64,000 bases of DNA, taken from contig CM074814.1 in NCBI GenBank assembly GCA_037447605.1, positions 496,001-560,000 of the forward strand, given 5' to 3'. A model generated the notes under the pieces. It did not search any database and had not been told where the DNA came from. It saw nothing but the letters and a program-made list of their open reading frames with translations. Shown piece by piece: positions 13,001 through 24,000 of this stretch. Numbering within the stretch: the stretch's first letter is position 1; every line of letters starts with the position of its first letter. The DNA comes from Zygnema circumcarinatum SAG 698-1b (Eukaryota; Plantae; Zygnematophyceae). Made by a program: the position numbers and the translations under genes.

Positions 13001-13387
13001 GGGGAAAACCAACGGTTGGCTCAGCCGAGCGCTTCCGTACAGCGTCCGAAAAGCGGAGTCGCAGAGGAAGGCGCTGGAAAGGAGGAGGGCTCCGCTGACC
13101 GAGGCCAAAAAAAGTGAGAAAAAACTTTTGAGGGGCTGCCCGGATGAGGGAGGGAGGGTGGGGAAGAAGGCGAGGGTATATGCGAGCGCCTGTGACAGAA
13201 CTGTAACTGAAAACAGGGCCAGCTGGCGGTGCCAACGGCCATGGAACGCGCGGGCGCGGTGGAGGAAGAGGAGGAGGAGGAGAGGGAGAGCCCAGGAGAG
13301 AGGGAGGAGAGGGCGGAGGCCATGGCCGAGGAAGGTGGAGAAGAAGGAGAGGAGGAGGAGGAGCCAGGGAGGGAGGCTGGCAGCCAT
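10080..13387 (-). CDS. Apolipoprotein N-acyltransferase (Lnt)-like multi-TM nitrilase-superfamily protein, 5 exons, about 733 aa
   Basis: Exons 13387-12965, 12504-11582, 11421-11257, 10929-10546, 10386-10080 (2202 nt, all GT-AG, in frame). N-terminal TM region (LVFPVVWTAGW..LSPLGAFGNPA), CN-hydrolase motifs MWSE, NKLVVFNPCG, YTKAHP, GRLGTVIGTDMEFP, RAVENG, and a C-terminal LYPNFGFLFGY TM. The last exon is less certain. Confidence 0.85.
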
Positions 13388-14166
13388 GGAGGGAGCGCGA
13401 GAGATAGGAGAGAGGGAGGGAGGGAGAGGGAGGGCCGGAGAGGGAGAGGAGTGGAAAGAGAGCGAGAAACAGGGAGGGGGACAGCAGTAGGAGTCGGTTC
13501 GCACGTGCGAGTTTTGATATGGAGGACAGGTGGCAATGAGAGCGCGAACGTTGGAGCGAGATTATGGGAGAGGACGACACGTGGCGCTGGATGGGTCCCA
13601 CAAACTAGGGTCAACGGATCCACTCATCGAGGATCTTTGAAAGTAGATCTGAACGGAGTGGACTCGTAGAGAGACCAAGATCAACTAAACTGTTCGACAT
13701 GGAGCTGGAAAGTGGAGTTGAACGGATTCTAACGGCACGGAACGGAAGGGAACGGAACGGGACGAAACGGGACGGAACGGAACAACAGTGAAGCAGCATA
13801 GAGCTGGGAAAGCAAAATTTGAGGTTGCAAAAAATCGAGATGTTCAAACGGGCCAAACAATTGGCTTTTTTATCTTCGAACACACAGAAATCCGTACAAC
13901 ATTTTCTTGGCATGAGACATCATGGCCCTTTACGTGCTATGTTTTGAACTATGTACTGAAACGTTTGAACGTTTTCATTTACAACAAAACATTAGAAAAT
14001 AACTGCCGATAAACAATTTCTTAAAATAAGACACAAAAACTATTAATAAAATTGGTCCTTGTTCAAGGACGAGGATTGGACGGGCCGACCAAGTTGCATA
14101 CGAGATTGGTCTCATCGAAAACGAGCGGGTCCGAGAAAGAGAGAGAGAAATACTAACATAGACGAT

Positions 14167-14203
<37 letters not shown>

Positions 14204-14811
14204 ATCCCATTGAAACTCCCCTCAGAGCCCTCTCTCCCACTGCCACTAACCAGCTGAAAGGTGCTTCGCGCCACCGGCGCGAACATGTAGCCATGCGCCG
14301 CCGCCCCCCTCGCATGCATGCATGGTGCATGCGTGCAGCCATGCCATGCCATGTCCATGGCCGCCGCCATCATCATGCGCCATGCCCGGGCCCCATCTCG
14401 GCGCCGCCGCTCCTGTCGGACCTCCGCAGTGACCCGCCGCCTCCTGCAAGGGCAGAGTATTACAAACGGCGCCGCTCGGCCAATGAGGGAAGGGCCGTAA
14501 ATTTTCCGGTGGCTGCCGGCTTTTGTGTCGGTGGCTTCGCCACGTGGGAGATTAACAAAGATCCTTTGCGTCAGCAGACATCGTATCTGATATCTTATCT
14601 TGTAGGTAATTTGTCGCGAAGCGGGAAAGTCTTCAGTTGCGACAAAACATCTGTACGAAGTAAGAGATTCGTTGGATTTTTTGTCTTATTATAACCTTTT
14701 TGATTTCTTACCAATCCGAAGTGGCCACGTGCTGCAATGTATACGTACAGGTCCTTCCAAGCTTGCGAGGCGGGGAACCAGCTGACGCAGGCGGTCAAGG
14801 CCTGGAATAAA

Positions 14812-15699
14812 GGGTAACTCTACTGCACCCCCGCGTTTTGTCTTTCGCACCCCCGTTTTGAAAATTTTGCCTGCCCGTTTTGGGTACCCCCCAGTTTTGA
14901 ATATTTCGGGAAAAAATCTTTTTCCCGCCCCTTTCGTCCCCTCCGCTGCCCCCCCTCGAACCATTGCAGTTGCAAAACCCACACCCGGTTATGAAGAAAC
15001 GAGGTCGACCTTCTGGCGCGCGCAGTTTGGCAATCAGCCGGGACAAGAGCTATTTCGAGTACGTTGAAGGGAAAAAATGTTCCAATTGCAAGCAAGTAGG
15101 CCACAACTTAAGATCTTGCCTTAATTAGCGGTAACCTGAAAACAAAGAGTAACAGTTGCCCAACATTGGTGACCTTTGCAATTGCGTTTAAGGTTGCGTT
15201 TTGGTACTTAAGCTTAGTTTAGTTTAGTTTTTTGTTCCTAGTTTTTTTATTTTGTGCTTGTTTCATTTGCGACTAATTTCTTGTGGTTCCCATGTTGACT
15301 TTGTCCATGTTTTATTTGATGGCCTCACCATCTTGAGACCAATGCAAATCCCCTTTTCTTTTGTCGCACATTGTTGGAAGTCAATAGTGAAAAGGAGAAA
15401 ACGAGGGGATGGAATGTCCCAAAAATAATGAAGGGAGGGGGAATGAAAACAACCGAACTCGACACCTCCCGGTACCCACCCATAAACTTTACCGTTAAAA
15501 GGCAACCGCGGAAATAAACGAACGATCCTACGTTTAGTTTTATCGCGTTTTGCAACAGGGGACAGCGGAGGGGACGAAAGGGGCGGGAAAAAGATTTTTT
15601 CCCGAAATATTCAAAACTGGGGGGTACCCAAAACGGGCAGGCAAAATTTTCAAAACGGGGGTGCGAAAGACAAAACGCGGGGGTGCAGTAGAGTTACCC
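14812..15699. mobile_element. Non-autonomous Mutator-like (MULE) DNA transposon, 888 bp
   Basis: Perfect 137-bp TIRs (14812-14948 and 15563-15699, starting GGGTAACTCTACTGCAC) with an 8-bp TSD GGAATAAA (14804-14811 and 15700-15707). The internal remnant KKCSNCKQVGHNLRSC* (15072-15128) is a CX2CX4HX4C knuckle typical of MULE transposase C-termini. Confidence 0.85.
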
Positions 15700-16483
15700 G
15701 GAATAAAACGACAAAATTATTTGACCGTCGTGACTGTGATAAGTTGGACCACATCGTACGGTCACAAAAAACGACACGCCCGCCCGCCCAGGAAAACATA
15801 AATAACTGTACGGCCAGTGACTGTAGTAAAGCTGGCCGACCGTCGGAAATCGGAGGACAGGTGTCGGCTTCTAACTCGAACTGACGGTATCCTCTGACAG
15901 TACATGACGGATTAGCGTGAAAACTGACGAGCGTCAGGACATGGATATCCACGTGGACCAATCATACAACGAAGAACCCCAGCCGTAGTCCAGCGTGGCT
16001 GAAAACCATTGGTCCACGTGGGACTGCCTGGGGTGACGTGCCGACTAAATATTACGCATTGCGGCTCGGGCCATTGCTGCACATTTGTGCAATTCATGCA
16101 TACGTGGCAGATCGCCATTGGAAGACGGTCGGCTACTAAAAAAATGTTAGTTTGACATGGAGAAGGGCCCAAACCGTAAACTGGAAAGTGTTTTTTTGGG
16201 TCTCGTTGCTTCTCAGGTTCTTTCAAAAAATTCAGATTTAATTCACATAAATAAAGCAAAGCAAGTTAATCAAATATAAAAAATATAAAACACAGTCTTT
16301 CATATATATACTTATGCAAAAATTTTGAGCTTAACCGCTCTAGTGCAAAAGTTAACCACCAAATCCTTCAAACCTAACCAACATTGTACGATCAACAACA
16401 CCAAACCTAGACATGAAAACCCCAACAAGTGATAATCCCCAACCTTGTGACGTCACCACTAGACCACATCCCTCATGTGGTGC

Positions 16484-16611
16484 CATCAGAGCATGACATC
16501 ATTCCCATGTCATGTCATCAAAGCGTGACGTCACCCCTGTGTGATCCCATCAGAGCATGACATCATTTCCATGTCATGCCTTCAAAACGTGACGTTACCC
16601 CCATGTTATAC
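16484..16611. repeat. Two imperfect direct copies of a ~64-bp unit downstream of the chitinase stop
   Basis: CATCAGAGCATGACATCATT... begins at 16484 and again at 16548. Confidence 0.7.
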
Positions 16612-16717
16612 CATAAAAAGCGTGACATCATCACCATGCGATGAGGTCCACATATGACGTCATCATCCCCATGCCATGCCATGCCATGCCATCCATGGCG
16701 TGCCCGCACCATCCCCG

Positions 16718-17571
16718 TCAGAGCGCCCTCTTGATGGCGTAGCTGTAGGGCTTCCCGTCCGCCTGGACGTTGTTGATGTCGTTGAAGACGTCCCAGAGCA
16801 TGACGCCGCCATAGTTCGCATATGTACGGATCGCCGGGAGGAGCGTGGAGACCACGGTGCTCTGCGGGACGTACCCGCTGCCGGCGGCGGAGGAGGCGGC
16901 GGGGAGGCCCAGGACCAGCTTGCAGTTGGGGGCGGCCTGAGCCATCCATTGGGACCATCGCTTGAAGCTCTGCAGGCGGCCATAGAGAGGGGTGGGTACA
17001 GGGTTTTAGGGGGGGAGGAGCAGAGGAGAAAGGAAAACCCTAAACCTCAGAAAGAGGTTGAATCTAATGAAAACCCTTTGTGCTTCAGTGATCCCAACAG
17101 GATGAAACAACGCATGTCTTACATTGAAGAAGGTCTGATCATTGGCTTTATATCCGCAGTTGTTGTTGTAAAACTGCACCCAAACGAAGTCGAAATACGC
17201 CGCAGCATCCCCCAAAGCAGTCCCCACGCTTGGCCCGAGCATGGCGTCAGGATAAGGGCACTGCGGCGCCGAAGTGATGAGATACTTCTTGCTTCCGCCG
17301 TTCATCAGGCTCCGAAGGGCCCTCACAAAGGCGGCTTGCCCGACGGAGCCGCCGCTTTCTATATCGAGATCGATACCGTCCAATGGGGCGGCTCCGAGAG
17401 GCCGCACAGAGGAGGAGGTGCCTTCGAGGTACGTATTCCAAATGTAGGCGGCGAAGGTCTGGCCGTCAGAGTCGCTGGAGAAGCCGTACGGGCCCACAGC
17501 ACCGCCCATTGAAAGGACCACCTGGAGATCATCCGAGGCAGAGATCAATGTGGGCATATGTAGACTCTCAA

Positions 17572-17608
<37 letters not shown>

Positions 17609-18906
17609 GAGGGAGAGAGAGAGAGAGAGAGGGGTTAGCATACTTGAACCCCCAACTGCTGGCAGCGCCTGACTTCGGTAGAGAGCTGCACGCATCCTCC
17701 ACTCCCCGGGTCACAGTGACCCGCCAAGTTGAGAGTGGGGGTCCTCCCGGAGCCCCACACATAGAGGAAGCCGAGCACCATAATGTCATACCTCCCACTC
17801 TCACACGCAGCTTGAAGAGTGCCCTCGTTCCCATTCTGCCCCCAGTAAGCAACCATCTTGGGACCCGTCGACCCACTCGGGGGAGGGCCTTTAGGTGAAG
17901 GAGGGGGGGGAGAGCTTTTAGATGAAGGAGGGGGGGGAGAGCTTTTAGATGAAGGAGGGGGGGGAGAGCTTTTAGATGAAGGAGGGGGGGGAGAGCTGGT
18001 AAGCAGAGGAGGTGGTGGGGCGCCCCCTGAGCCTCCCCCACATACGACATTTTGTGGCCAGTCGCACACTTTGGCGACGTTGTTGAATAGGAGGCCGGGG
18101 GGGCAGTTTTGAATGTACTCCATGCCTCCCGAACAGGTACAGAACTGCCTGCAAGATAATGTTGGGGAACATTCGCCATTCATGCTTTTTGCTTCAACCT
18201 CATCACAAGGCTTAGTTTAGGCTTAGTTTCAATACGTTTTGAAATTCCTGAGTCGATTCACATTCACTGAAAAGAGTTCCATTTTCGCGAATGACATGAA
18301 CCCCAAACCTCCAAAACCCCAAAAACCTCACCCGCAGTTCGCAGGGTTTTGCAGAATGGCGCCATCCGGCTGCCCGGAGCAGCAGCTTCCAGAAGCAGCC
18401 GGGGGAGGGGGGCTCTTCAAAGGAGGCGATCTGGGGGGGGGCTTGCTGGGGGGAGGGCCTCTACTGGGAGGAGGTCTCCTCGAAGGAGGAGGAAGCTTTT
18501 GGAGGAGAGGAGGAGGAGGCCTTTTGGGAGGAGAGGGAGAGGGAGAGGGAGAGGGAGGGTTCTGGCATGTTCCGCCGGATGGCTTGCAGCCAACCCCGCA
18601 GTAGTCAGAGGTGGTGCCGCAGTACCCCCATTGGCTGCAGCACAGACTCCCACAGTTGGGGCCAGTTCCGCAGCCGCCGCCGCCGCTTCCGCTGCATTGG
18701 GAGACGCAGTTTCCGGGGGCGCAGTAGTCGGGGGAGGACCCGCAGTAGCCATACTTACTGCAGCAGAGGGAGGAGGCGCAGAGATTGGTGGCGCTGCATT
18801 GCTGGGCGGAGAGGGAGGGGAGGGAGAGGAGGAGGAGGGAGAGGGGTAAGAGGAGGGAGAGGGGGAGGGGGAGGGAGAGGGTGCGGGTGCGGGGGGAGAG
18901 AGACAT
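16718..18906 (-). CDS. Secreted GH18 class III (hevamine-type) chitinase with two hevein (CBM18) domains, a CBM14 domain and SPPPP linkers; 4 exons
   Basis: Exons 18906-18332, 18148-17644, 17521-17123, 16969-16718. Order: signal peptide; CCSKYGYCG and CCSQWGYCG hevein cores; Pro linker; six-Cys CBM14 spacing; 27-bp SSKSSPPPP repeats; then AYWGQNGNEG, LNLAGHCDP, intact DGIDLDIE, FDFVWVQFYNN, YGGVMLW. Confidence 0.93.
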
Positions 18907-19710
18907 TGCGAGAGGGCGAGGCGGGTGGGGGAAGGAGAGCGTTGGGAGAGGGAGAGAGAGGGAGGGGAAGGGTCGAGGCGGCGAGTGGGTGAGCGGGTAC
19001 AAATATATACGGTACTGTAGTGGGGGGCATGTCAGACCAAAATCGACCGTAGGATTTTTCTTTGGCAGCACTACAAACCAAGGATGTGGCATTTAGTGAT
19101 TTTCTTAGCGGAGTATGTTTTGCAAGCTGACAGGTCAGTTTGTTGAGTACTTGTTATGGTTATATTTTATCTGGTTAAAAATTATGAATTTAACCAAAAC
19201 GAGTAGTTTAGAGACATAGAGATCATCCTCCAAATACGTACTCCGCAAAATCTGACATGCCATTGCGTTAAGCGCTACTGACAAGCTGACACACTTCGAT
19301 CAAAATTAGTACATATCTGCGGCTATTTTTAGACAGCGAGTCAAACACACACGTATTGTTTTCGAAAAATAATTCGAAGCGGAATCGTAGATAGCACTCC
19401 AAAATGGACAAAACATTCTTACGTGGCACACAAGTGTTTAGGCTCAAATATTTCCCCACTTGTAAAAGGCCCTTCGGATTGGCTGAATATAACAGATAAA
19501 AAACCATGCATAAGTGTGACGTGTCGCCCTATGATTTGATGGAGTTGAAGCGACTTTATGGCAAGATTGAGATTTCTTTGACCAAAAGGGACGAAATCTT
19601 GAAGCGCCACGTAAGCAAAATTTTGACCACAATTTCCAATTTTTTGTGCGTTTTGTTCCAGGCCATATACGCGCAGTCAAGATCCAAGTCCCCGACTTTC
19701 CCGGCTCTAA

Positions 19711-19947
19711 GGGTGCGCTTTCATGGTTCAACTTCATGGTTCAACTTCGTTCATTTAGTTGAATGAAAAAATTGAAAGGAGAGAGGAGAGTCCGTAAACC
19801 TCCGAAACGAAGTTTTTTAATTCAACAACAAGCTGAACGATGTTGAAAATGAAAACCGTTCGCACTTGCGAAATTACATTAGCGAATTTGAACCACGTCA
19901 GCATTCGTTCAACCAAATGAACGAAGTTGGACCATGAAAACGCGCCC
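19711..19947. mobile_element. Tourist/PIF-Harbinger-like MITE, 237 bp
   Basis: Imperfect TIRs GGGTGCGCTTTCATGGTTCAACTTC... and ...GAAGTTGGACCATGAAAACGCGCCC, flanked by TAA target-site duplications (19708-19710 and 19948-19950). Confidence 0.75.
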
Positions 19948-21009
19948 TAAGGGAACACGGAAACAGGCGCGGGGTCAGGGTTCCATGAAGCGCCAGTTAA
20001 ACGCGCTATCCGACGTGGCGCGTTTCACGTGGAAACTACAGGTTCCATGACTGCCCTTGGTCTTAACCAATCAGTGGTCGTCACGTGGACACCGCCAATT
20101 TGGTTGTGTGGCGGGTTTAATGGGAGCCTGCCAGCGTGGCATGACGACATAATTTCGAATATCACGTGGCAGAGACCGATTGGCAGACACCATCGCATTT
20201 GTGTACCGTGGCAGCCATGTCAGCGCCAGGTTGGCGCCACGTCGACAGAGTGCGCCCGCCTGCAACATGGAAACGCCGTCGCCCAGTACACCAAACTGCT
20301 CCATGGAACATCACCCTTGCCGTTATCCGCACGGTCGTACAGTACGGTAACAGCATGCATACAGTACTGTATACAGAAATTCGAAACTTTTAAACTTTTT
20401 ACACCTTTTTTTGCCGGTCAGATTGTAGGGTTTTTAGGGTTTAACCAAAAAGGAGTGTATCTAGCCAATAACGGTGTGTAAAGAACACATATATTCCAAA
20501 CCACACAAATTTGAGCTCAAAGTAAACCGCAAATTTCCGAGAAATGTGCGCCGCGAGGCACTCAGAAAATTATAAAGAGATTCGGTTCTATGTACTGCAC
20601 AGCCACAGTTCCTAGACACGGAACTGCGTTCCAACGGAACGGTATACATGTCCATATAGAAATGCTCTTTAAATCCTTGTCAAAATACCCGTTTGGAAGG
20701 AGAAAGCCAAAACCAAAACATATAAATGAAAGAGGGGGGGCAAAAAAAAAAAAAATGGGACTCTAAAAGCCCCCCCCCCCCTTTGGAGGCCTCCCTCCTT
20801 TATTGGCATAAGAATTGTTCTGAACCCTAAACCCTAACCCCTCCTCCATTCTAAACCTTCATTCCTAAGTTCCACCACTATAGTACAAGTCAATTGGTTT
20901 TCCGTTATCTCAAAAAAAAAAAAAAAAACAAGAGAAGGGAAAAGGGAAATTTCTTCACAACTTCGGGTCCAGGGTTTTTAGGGTTTCCCCAAAACCCTAT
21001 TTCTTTTTT

Positions 21010-24000
21010 TTACTCACCGTCCTTCCAACTCCACTCCCCTTGATAGTAATTGTTCGGCAGCCCGAGCCAAAACTTAAAGGCTTCAAAGCTCTGCCGCTTC
21101 CTACTCGCCGAGGAACTTCCCGCCCCGTCCTCCTCCTCTCCCTCCCTCCCTCCCTCTCTCCCTCCCTCCCTCCCTCCCTCCCCTGGCCTGCCTGCGCGTC
21201 CTCCCGCTCATGTCCGAGTAGAGTTCTATGAAGAGGCGCTTGTACTTGAGGCGGTCCGCCTCCATCCCCGCCGCCTCCATCGCCCGCACAATCTCCAGCG
21301 CGCGCTGCGCCGCCCACCAAGACATCACCTTAAACCCTAAAACCCTAAAACAACCTAACACCCTAAAACCCTAAAACAACCTAACAACCTAACACCCTAA
21401 AACCCTAAAACAACCTAACACCCTAAAACCCTAAAACAACCTAACACCCTAAAACCCTAAAACAACCTAAAACCCTAAAGTTTCAGAACCCTAAAACAAC
21501 CTAAACCCTAGAACAACCTAAACCCTAACACAACCAAAAACTACCTGAAGCCCTAAAGTTTCAAAGCCTAAAACAACCTTAAACCCTAAAACAACCTTAA
21601 ACCCTAAAACAACCTAAAACAACTTAAAACCCTAAAGTTTCAAACCCTAAAACAACCTAAAACCCTAAGGTTTCAAAACCCTAAACCTCCAAAACTTGAA
21701 AGCCCCAAAAATACCTGAAAGTAGCCCGCCTTGACGCAGACCCTCACAAGGTCGTTGAGGAGCGCCTCGTCCGGAACGAACAGATCATCTCCCACTCCTC
21801 CCACCCTCCCTCTCCCCCTCCACCTCCCACTCCCACTCCCACTCCCACTCCCTCCCCCTCTCTCTCCCCCCCCGGTCCTCCCCCTGCCCTCCTCGAGTCT
21901 CTCCTTTATCTCCCGCCATAGGACGAGTGCCTCCGCGGCGCCGCCCGTCTTGGCGAAACCCTTCACAAGGGTGCCGTACGTGCTAAGGGAGGGCCGGCTG
22001 CCGGAGGCCTGGGAGGGGAGGGAGAGGGAGGGAGGGAGGGAGAGCGTGAGGTGGGAGAGAGAGGGGGAGGGAGGGAGGAAGAGCGTGGGGGGGGGGGGGG
22101 GAAGAGGAAGAGGGAGGGAGGAAGAGAGTNNNNNNNNNNGAAGAGGAAGAGGGAGGGAGGAAGAGAGTGGGGGTGGGGAGAGAGAGTGGGGGAGGGAGGG
22201 AGGAAGAGTGTGGGGGGGATCGAGAGAGAGAGGGAGGGAGGGAGGAAGAGAGTTGGGGGGGCGAGAGAGTGGGGGAGGGAGCAAGAGCGTGGAAGGGGGG
22301 AGATAGCGAGAAGAAGGGGGGAGGGAGGGAGGGAGGACGAGAGTGGGGTGGGGATGGGGAGGGAGGGAGGGAGAGAGAGGGGAGAGGGGGGGAAGGGACG
22401 GTTTTTAGGGTCTTATCGCAACTTGGCCCTCCTCCCTACATAATATCAGCAAGCAATCCAGAATTCTAGCATAAAAAACCCTATAAAAAAAAAAAAAAAC
22501 CCTAACCCCCCCCCATCCATACAATAAAAACCCTACCAACCGGCAAGCCATAAGAAACAACAACATCCCCACCACCCATAAACCCACAACACAAAATACA
22601 AAAAAAACCCAAACCCTAATTTCCTCACCTTCATATTCTGAAAAACTTCCCCTGCCTCCTTCATAAGCCCTGCTCTTGCATATGCATGTATAAGGGCGTT
22701 CCATGCAGGAGTATCAATTTTCAGTCGGCTGTCACGGCTCATTTCCGCAAAGATCCGTGCCGCCAGTTGCGGCTGCCCCGTATTCCCAAACGCTTTCAGT
22801 AAATTTGTGTACATGGGAACAGTTGGTTTCAGTCCCGCCTGCCTCATTTGCTGAAACCATCCAAGGGCCGAAACATTGTCATCGGAATCTATGCATCCGT
22901 TAATGAGAATGTTGTACGTAACGGAGGTAGCACGGATTCCCGCCGATTCCATGGTTTCCATGAGACTGGCCGCCTCTCCGTTCCGTTTCAGGCGACAGTA
23001 TCCGTTGAGGAGGATGTTATATGTGACGGAATTGGCCGGGATTCCGAGTTCCGCCATTTGGACCAATAGGGAGCGAGCAGCCTCCATTTGACCGGCCTCC
23101 GCATAGGCTCCGATTAGGGTTGTGAAGGAAACCTCGTTAGGGGCACATCCGAACTCGTTTTGCATTTCTAGGAGAAGCTGCATCATCACGCAGTGGTCAA
23201 CATAGAACGGGGGGTTATAAGCAGAGAGCCTCCCTCTGTTTTGGCACTCTTAGACTTCAAAAAAAAAATTGGGGTTTTTTGAAGTTCACGGTTATGAAGG
23301 CATGCATGGGGAAAATCTAATTAATGGAGGTGTTATTATACTATGTAACAAAAATGAACACTAAATGTAACTATATGAATTGATTGATTACTTCATGGAA
23401 GGAAAGAAGGAGGAAGGAAACATTGCTAAACGGAAACGGAACGAATGACATAGACCTGCTGGTTGGGGGGGAGAGGGAGNNNNNNNNNNGGGAGGGAGGG
23501 AGGGACGGAGGGAGGGAGGGAGGGAGAGGGGGGAAAACCTCTCTAGCCCAGCTTAGTCTTCCAGCCTCCAAATAGCCCTTCATGAGAATTGTGAGAGTTC
23601 GAACTTGCGGTGTGAGCGAACCCCCTCTCCTCCTCATCTCTCTCACAAGCTCCTCCGCCGCTTCAAGCTCTCCGGAGTTGACGTATGCTGACATCAGCGT
23701 GTTGTATGTCGTCACGTCCGGCTCCACTCCGCTCTCCTGAACACTCCTCATATCACAAATCAGGGTTTAGGGTTTAACACAAACGAGATTCAAACTAAGA
23801 ACAACAAAAGAACCCCTAAAAACCCTACAAACCCTAAAAACCTTAAAAACCCTAAAAACCCTACAAACTCAAATTTAGGTCAGATTACGTCGAACCCTAC
23901 CAAGTCCTAAGAAAAGAAAAACCTCTCAATATCCTCGAATCCTCTGCAAAAACCTCCTTAGAGCCCAAAAAAAAAGCCTTCAAATCTTACAAACAAACCC

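Noticed and set aside
14240-14470. GC-rich patch with a plausible minus-strand acceptor
   Set aside because: No frame gives a recognisable protein and no partner exons were found.
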